NCBI GenBank assembly: GCA_965249725.1
Contig: OZ252251.1
Location: 672,001 to 736,000, forward strand
Reading direction: 5' to 3'
Length of the DNA stretch: 64,000 nucleotides
From: Longimicrobiales bacterium
Lineage (GTDB): Bacteria; Gemmatimonadota; Gemmatimonadetes; Longimicrobiales; Gaopeijiaceae
The translations under genes and the position numbers were made by a program. Shown here piece by piece: positions 58,066-64,000 of the stretch. The notes below the pieces were generated by a model. That model was not told where the DNA came from. It saw only the letters and a list, made by a program, of their open reading frames with translations, and did not search any database. Position 1 is the stretch's first letter, and every line of letters begins with the position of its first letter.

Positions 58066-58597
58066 TGGATGCCTCCTCCCTCAGATGGTCGAAAAATGCT
58101 CAGTACCATCTTGGCACATTGCGATGCCGCCGGGAGGGGGCGTCCACCCCATCGTTAGCAGTCATGAGCCAGCCCACGCAATGTTGAACATTGCGATCTG
58201 GCGAGGGGATGCTGCGCCCCCCTTCGAACCCCCGGCTTCCTGCGCCGCTGCCGGGGCAGCGGGCGGGCGGGGGGCGCCGCCCCCCGAACCCCGTCGCCGG
58301 TGCGCTCATGGCTGACCGCCGCACCGCCACCGCGCTCAGCGGCGCTCGATGTCCTTCCCGCACGGGACCCCTGGTCGGGAGCCCCGGATCGGCACCGCGC
58401 CCCCCGCGCCCGCGCCGGAAGCGCGAGGACGCCAGCCACATACGGACGCGGTGGCCTGCACATGGAAGCAAGCCTTTCGGTGTGCATGCACCCCATTTGT
58501 CTCATGTGCACTTGCCGATCGGCACCGACCCTCGCCGATCCGCGTCCAAGATCCGCCTCCAAGGAGCTGTCTCAAACGCCAGGTCGGGAAGCCCTCG

Positions 58598-58862
58598 ATT
58601 CTCCGCGTAGATGTGGTTGATCCCCTACCGGTCGCGGATGATCTCGACGGGAGCCTGGATGCCGGGGAGGGTGAGGGTGGTGGTGGCGGCGAGGCCGGAC
58701 GGGGTGGCGGTGAGAGCCGCCACGCCCGGCCCTGCCAGTGGGGGCCGCAACGTCAGCCCTGGCGGCATCGGCTGGTGGCGGGGACTGGGCGGTGGTGGGG
58801 GCGGGCGCCGCGAGCAGGTCTCCCAGGGCGAGCAGGGCCCGTGGGTGCTGACAGTTCGGCAT
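58598..58862 (-). pseudogene. Penicillin acylase family N-terminal remnant
   Basis: LPGIQAPVEIIRDR*GINHIYAEN (stop at the usual Trp), frameshifted signal region, truncated. Confidence 0.65.
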
Positions 58863-59186
58863 CGTGAGAGGATCTCCCGTTCTGGAGAGGATCGCGGTTG
58901 AAGCTGGAGCCGCATGCGTGGGCAAACACCTGACTGTGGCAGGTAAGGCGCACCGTGCCTGTCGCGCTTCCCCGCCACCCTGTGCAGAGAATCACGCTGC
59001 AAACCGAACAGTGGTACGCGAGATGCGAACAGGGGCGTCCCGGTTTGCGGATTCCACGGTCGCTCCCTAGCATAGAGGTAACTAGCGCCACCATGACCAC
59101 CCGGGTCGACCGGGGAGCCGACGGTGGTATGCGCTCCGCTTGCCGAATAGGGCCAAGCAGTTCTCATCACCAGGGGGGACCAGACC

Positions 59187-59738
59187 ATGAGGAAGCCCAT
59201 CTTCACATCCTTCGCGCTTCTGGCATTTCTCAGCGTGACCGCCTGCGAGCAGGGCACGCAGGACCAGAGCATGGAAGACCTGAGCCCGGCAAGCGTCGAC
59301 CACTACCTGCAAGCTTCCTCGTCGGTGACGCAGTGCCCGGGGACGGCGCCCGAGGTGGTCGCCATGGACATCACGGACGCCGCCAGCGGAGTCGCCATTG
59401 CGGCCAACCAGATCACGGTGTCCGAAGCCGGAGCGTATCTCATCGTGGCCGCGCCCCAGGTCGGTCGTGAGGGCGGCGGTCCTTACGGCTGCTTCGATCT
59501 CTGGCTGCGCGTCAACGGGACCGATGTGGCCAACTCCAACGTCCAGCTCTGCCAGGACGAGGGGAGCATGGCCAAGGACGTCATCATCTCGCAGGGCATT
59601 GTGCCACTCGAGGCGGGTGACATGGTCGAGGTCATGATGTCCGTCAGCAATCCGGAGGCGAACATCTGCATCGAGGCGATTCAGCCGGAGGGCGAACCGC
59701 TGGTGCCTGCGATCATCTTCTCGATGATCAAGTACTAG
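59187..59738 (+). CDS. Lipoprotein with a C1q/TNF-like (BclA C-terminal-like) domain
   Basis: VTAC lipobox; ITVSEAGAYLI, WLRVNG, IVPLEAGDMVEV. Confidence 0.6.
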   Translation: MRKPIFTSFALLAFLSVTACEQGTQDQSMEDLSPASVDHYLQASSSVTQCPGTAPEVVAMDITDAASGVAIAANQITVSEAGAYLIVAAPQVGREGGGPYGCFDLWLRVNGTDVANSNVQLCQDEGSMAKDVIISQGIVPLEAGDMVEVMMSVSNPEANICIEAIQPEGEPLVPAIIFSMIKY

Positions 59739-59968
59739 GGGTCATCTTCGCCCGTCCAGCCCGCGGCAGCGGAATCAAGGCCGAGGTCGTGGCCTGGTAG
59801 CCGGGGTACTTGGCAACGGACAACGCCTCGGTCATCCGCAAGGACGGAATGAACAGCGTCAGCCCGATGCAGCCCATGACCCGTCCAGTGTAGCCATTCG
59901 CCGGACGCCGCGACCGCGAACGGGTAGAATACCCACCACATGGCGATCTCGCAGAAGAAGTTCGGGTG
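59735..59968 (-). pseudogene. DUF1295 (steroid 5-alpha-reductase-like) C-terminal fragment
   Basis: RHPNFFCEIAMWW and, after a frameshift, SLRMTE..KYPGYQATTSALIP. Confidence 0.65.
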
Positions 59969-59970
59969 AC

Positions 59971-60100
59971 GGCCTGACAACGGCGGAGCGCGAGGAACTG
60001 CGTCGGCTGGCGCTGTGGCAGAGGAGGCCCGAGGCGGTGATCCATCACTCGGACCAGGGGGGCCAGGCCAGTCCCTCGCCGTCGGGCGCCGGTGCAAGAC
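59971..60100 (+). mobile_element. Internally deleted IS3-family remnant
   Basis: OrfA-like LTTAEREELRRL joined to the rve piece RRPEAVIHHSDQG..AVGRRCK. Confidence 0.65.
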
Positions 60101-60280
60101 GGGCAGCCGGAGCCGGATCGAGGCGAACCGCAGCCGAGTGTGTCGTCTTCGACCGAGGGTAATCTTCCGAGCGGTGGGGGCTTTCGCAATCCGCAGCGCT
60201 CCGCTTACTTACCACATGAACCGTGACGGAGCGCATCTAGCGCCGCGACTCGGGAGGGCACAGAACCGAGGGGAGAGGCG

Positions 60281-60841
60281 ATGGGGAAGCTGTTGCTCCT
60301 GGTCGCCGCCGTGCTCGCGGCGGCCGACGCAAGTGCGCAGACCACTTGGCGGGGATTGGTGGTTGCACCAGAGCACCGTTGTTCACCGTACCGGTCTGGC
60401 GACTACAGCTATCCGCAGTCCGTCCAGGCCTCGATCGTCCGAGAGTTGGGCGGCATCTACTCGCCGTACACCGGAGAGCGGTTCGCGTCAATGGGTCAGA
60501 CGGATATCGAGCACACGGTGGCTCGTAGCGAAGCCCATGATTCCGGTCTTTGCGCGGCGAGCCGCGAAACACGCCGGGCGTTCGCTCGGGACTTGCTGAA
60601 CCTCACGCTGGCCAGTCCGGGACTGAACCGGGGAGCCAAGGGTGCGGATGATGCCGCCGAATGGATGCCTCAGCGTAACCGCTGCTGGTTTGCAGACCGA
60701 GTTGTGGCGGTCCGTCGGCGGTGGGGGCTGACCATTGACGCCCGAGAGGCAAACGCCCTGGAGGCCGTACTGGCCGGCTGCACGACTACGGCTCTGGAGG
60801 CTGCCGGGGGCGGCGCCTTCGCGCCCATTGGTCATGCCTAG
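60281..60841 (+). CDS. Secreted HNH (DUF1524-like) nuclease, probably C-terminally truncated by IS1595
   Basis: Signal peptide, DIEHTVARSEAHDSG, NLTLA..NRGAKG..AEWMP; its stop lies inside the IS end. Confidence 0.75.
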   Translation: MGKLLLLVAAVLAAADASAQTTWRGLVVAPEHRCSPYRSGDYSYPQSVQASIVRELGGIYSPYTGERFASMGQTDIEHTVARSEAHDSGLCAASRETRRAFARDLLNLTLASPGLNRGAKGADDAAEWMPQRNRCWFADRVVAVRRRWGLTIDAREANALEAVLAGCTTTALEAAGGGAFAPIGHA

Positions 60842-61323
60842 CTGAGCGGGTTTTGGCGGAGGGATTTTAGCAAAGTTTGATACTTGTCGGCATGTCGATA
60901 GTTGTATCGCCATTCGGTTTCCTTGAGGTGCAAATGGAAGGTGTGTCTGAGGAGCCCTTTGAACTTCGCCAGCCGGACCTTGGCCAGGCCCCAGAAGCCC
61001 TCGATGCAGTTGATATGAACGGTGCCCTTGGTGAACTCGTCGCGGGCATGATCGACGCGGAAGTGGCCATAGCCTAGATCAACCAGGCCGTTGTAGCCGC
61101 GCCAGCCATCGGAGTTGATGACGGTGTGCGGGTCCACCCGGCCACGGATGATGCCCTGCAGGGTTGGCTTCGAGCAGTCCGGGACGATCTCGGTATACAC
61201 TTGGCCCTGCCACTCGAAGATGCCCAAGACGACCGTCTTGCCGTAAGCGCCGCGCCCACGCCGGCCCTTGACCCGGCGCGCTCCGAAGAAGCTCTCGTCG
61301 ACATCGACGACCCCGAACGGGAA
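60830..61323 (-). mobile_element. IS1595-family transposase, 3' part
   Basis: VDVDESFFG..GRGAYGK, NSDGWRGY, HINCIEGFW, HLKETEWRYN; 5' part missing. Confidence 0.85.
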
Positions 61324-61326
61324 GCT

Positions 61327-61727
61327 CTACAACGAGATAAGACCGCATGAGGCGTTAGGCGGTAACGTGCCCGCCGACCACTACCGACCCTCACCTCGAC
61401 CCTTCCCCAATCAACTCGAGCCGGTCACGTATCCAGGCCACTTCGAGACCCGGCTCGTCAGCTCGAACGGTGGCATCCGATGGTACGGTGACCGCGTCCC
61501 TGTCGGTCGACTCTTCGCCGGACATGAAGTCGGACTCGAAGAGATTGACCACGGCCTCTTTGAGGTCTACTTCGGTCCCATCTGGCTAGGACGCTTTGTT
61601 GAACCCAAACGCCTCATCTTCGACTCCCTCGGACGAGGGCAAAGACGAACTGGAGGTACTTGCAAAGGACGCAGAACTGTTACCTAGGTCTCTTTACTTA
61701 ACTGTCACCCAGGTCTTTTACCGCTCA
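61327..61727 (+). mobile_element. IS481-family 3' fragment with terminal repeats
   Basis: YNEIRPHEAL..P..HY.PSPR, VSSNGGIRW; AACTGTYACCYAGGTCT repeated at 61675 and 61700. Confidence 0.8.
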
Positions 61728-61923
61728 ACCGGCCTGGCTGATGCGCCTATGGTGCGGAAAGCCACAAGGAAAGCCTGTAGAGAGGGAGCATCAGTTCGAG
61801 CGCCACTACGACGGCATCCGGTCCTTGCGTGGTGCCAGATCTCCGCGAGAACGCACCGAGCTGGTTGTCTCGTCTGGATGGTGGCCTTGGGACTCCTGCC
61901 CTCCGACTCACCGACTACCCGGG

Positions 61924-64000
61924 TCAGAGAATCCTGAGCTGCCTCGAGTATTTCACGATCAACGACCGTGTGAGGGGTCCGGTGAGGCTCGCCAAGCCGT
62001 GAGACTCTTGTGCTTCGTTGTAGACCACGTACAGCCCCGTCCCCGCGGTGTCTAACACGCCGAGACGTGCGTTCACCGACCACACATCGGCTTGATCCGA
62101 GTATTGAAGAAGGGTCTGCAAGAAGATTCGCGGTGTGAAAAAATATCCGACCCGAAAGCTCGTTCGTGTGGTCTTGAGGTCGCCCTCGTCCAATCGGACG
62201 ATGTTGTGGTCGAACCTGAACTCGGCGGTCAGAGTCTCTCCCTGCCGATAGGTGATCCCCATGTCGCCCGTGTACCGTGTGCCGGAGAAGAACTGGCCGC
62301 CATGAACCATAATGCGGCCTGACCAGCGAGCCGAGGGGTCGGTCCTCAGCTCCAGCGCCGGGAGAAAGTCGTTGTAACGCCCCGCAGGGATGACGACGCC
62401 CGGAGCGACCTCGAACGGCTCGCTGAGCCCCTCCTGGTGGAAGTTGAATTCCGGACCGAACCGACCTCCGCCCTCGGTGATGAACTCGGTATCGAGGTGG
62501 AAGTATCCCGTCTGTAGTTCCCCATCCAAGTCCCAGTAGTAGCTCGAGTTAATGTGCGGCGAAAACTCCCGGATCCACGACACCGAGGGCATCCGGACAG
62601 CCTTGGCGATGTTGGCATCGAGGTAGCGGTACCCAACCCGGCTCACGAAGCCCACCTCCGGGTTGAAATTTTTTCCGACCGCCCGCAACTGCATGCTCGT
62701 GCTGAAATCGCGGATCTGGTACGACAGATTGACGTTCGCGGCTTCGTCGCCTCCGATCAGCCCCGGGGTCTCCGTGCGGGCCACCCAGGCGTCGACGCTA
62801 AACGCGTCTCCAATGCCCAAACGCCCATCGACGGCGTATGTGCGGTTGTGGTCGCCCCCATCGTGGGTCGCCCTCCGTTGTACGAACATGGCCCCGGCGC
62901 GTGAGCGGTTGGGCAGTTCCTTAGTCACGCGGGCCACCGTGAAGGAATTCTCGCGGACACCCACCTCGACGTTCTCGTCGAGGTTATCCGTGAAGATCTG
63001 CACCAGCCCCACGCCAAGGCCTCGCACCTTGCCACTCAGCCGGCCGCCTCCCAGGATCGGCACCGCCTTGCCGCCGGGCGATATCCCGATCCTTCGACTG
63101 AAGAACAGATCCGCCGCCCGAGGTGTGCCGGCGGCGAAGGTCCCGGCGTTCTCGAGGAAGAACGGCCGCTTCTCCTGGAAGAACAGAGCGAACCGCTCGT
63201 TGACCGCGATCTGACCGGCGTCGGCCTCTACCTGACTGAAATCCGGATTGACCGTCCCGTCCAGGGTGAGGTTCGACGTCAGCCCATACGTCAGGTTGGC
63301 ACCGAAGTCGCCAGTGGGATCATCCCGAAGGAACACGTCGTTATCGTCGAGTGCACCGTTCAGGCTGCCCGTAACCACCGGATTGATCTCCATGAAGAGG
63401 CCCGGATCGAGGTCTCGGAGGTCCTGGAGCTTGCCAGCCTCCAAGAGCTTGTTGGGTTGGTTCGCAAAGGACGGCGCCCACGACTGCTGGTAGCCATTGC
63501 GCTGGATCCGACGGGTCACCTGAATGCCCCAGTCCTGGACCGGCACGTCGGCAAACCGCACGCTCTTGAACGGAATCCGTAGCTCGACCTCGTACCCTTG
63601 GTCGGTGAGGCGTCCTCCCGACTCCCATATGAAGTCGGGATTGTCGTCGATCGGCGGGCGGGAAAAGCCGCCGCCCCCGCCTCCGCTCCCGCCCCAGTGT
63701 CCACTTCGCCCGCCGCTGCCTCCCTCGAGCCAGATGCCGTCCTACTGGACTCCGAACGGGTTCACCGAAAAGGCGTACGCCCGCCGCTGATCGTCGAACG
63801 TATCCAGTACGACGCGGACATAGTCGTTCGAACGCGTCACCTGGTCGCGCTCCGTCATGGTCGCGCGGATGCCCGCTGGATCCGAGTCGAGAGCCTTGAT
63901 CGCGAAGTAGACGGCGTCATCGGTTACGAAGACACGTACCTCCGTCTGTTGCGAGCCGGGAATCCCCTCGGAGGGGTCGTACTGCGTGAAGCCGGTGAGG
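61924..64000 (-). pseudogene. CBM9/DUF5916 outer-membrane protein with an in-frame TAG (63742-63744); 5' end outside window
   Basis: VNPFGVQ*DG, YEVELRIPFKS, NPDFSQVEAD, EKRPFFLE, LFFSRRIG. Confidence 0.8.

Larger units (their letters stand above)
56751..58154 (-). mobile_element. IS110-family (IS1111 group) insertion sequence, apparently complete
   Basis: Sub-terminal 12-bp IR GTGGACGCCCCC (56754-56765 / 58136-58147), CG core at both junctions, long non-coding region downstream of the transposase. Confidence 0.9.
43322..61727. mobile_element. Decayed genomic island / IS graveyard (boundaries approximate)
   Basis: Clustered truncated ardC, recombinase, alpA, TA, IS110, IS3, IS1595 and IS481 pieces and pseudogenes. 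Confidence 0.7.

Noticed and set aside
58200..58520. Plasmid origin/oriT-like GC hairpins
   Set aside because: Several palindromes but no recognisable nick-site consensus or adjacent relaxase
63742..63744. Pyrrolysine/amber recoding in the DUF5916 and acylase genes
   Set aside because: TAG is a normal stop for many genes here, both are one transition from CAG/TGG, and no pyl genes are visible

Overview
GC-rich bacterial window, probably Gemmatimonadota (inferred from a kinase N-terminal motif and the secreted-protein repertoire). The adhesin architecture hints at a host-associated lineage, but that is unproven. 1-10.8 kb holds envelope and housekeeping genes: alkaline phosphatase, a Tat flavin amine oxidase, msrPQ, an RsmF-like methylase, a NUDIX hydrolase and a Tat-exported SelA/DgaE-like PLP enzyme. 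10.9-31.9 kb is the standout. It is a co-oriented array of TEN paralogous secreted LVIVD-type beta-propellers with invariant His motifs and hypervariable, mosaic loops. The array is followed by a small secreted protein and a multicopper-oxidase homologue that keeps its type-1 Cu ligands but lacks three trinuclear-cluster histidines, and it is faced by a choice-of-anchor-B propeller. An inverted chimeric gene beside an attC-like hairpin interrupts the array. 32-43 kb includes a signal-peptide-bearing peroxiredoxin with an in-frame UGA at the peroxidatic position and a SECIS-like hairpin, next to TlpA and CcdA, plus a frameshifted giant lipoprotein metalloprotease. 43.3-61.7 kb is a decayed mobile-element zone: ardC, recombinase and HK-RR remnants, a lox/dif-like site, an LRR/FN3 autotransporter, alpA, a RelE/XRE toxin-antitoxin pair, and IS3/IS1595/IS481 scraps. 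It also holds a complete-looking IS1111-type IS110 element whose bridge-RNA target guides match its own flanks. No rRNA, tRNA or CRISPR array was seen. All family assignments come from motif recognition by eye; no database searches were run.
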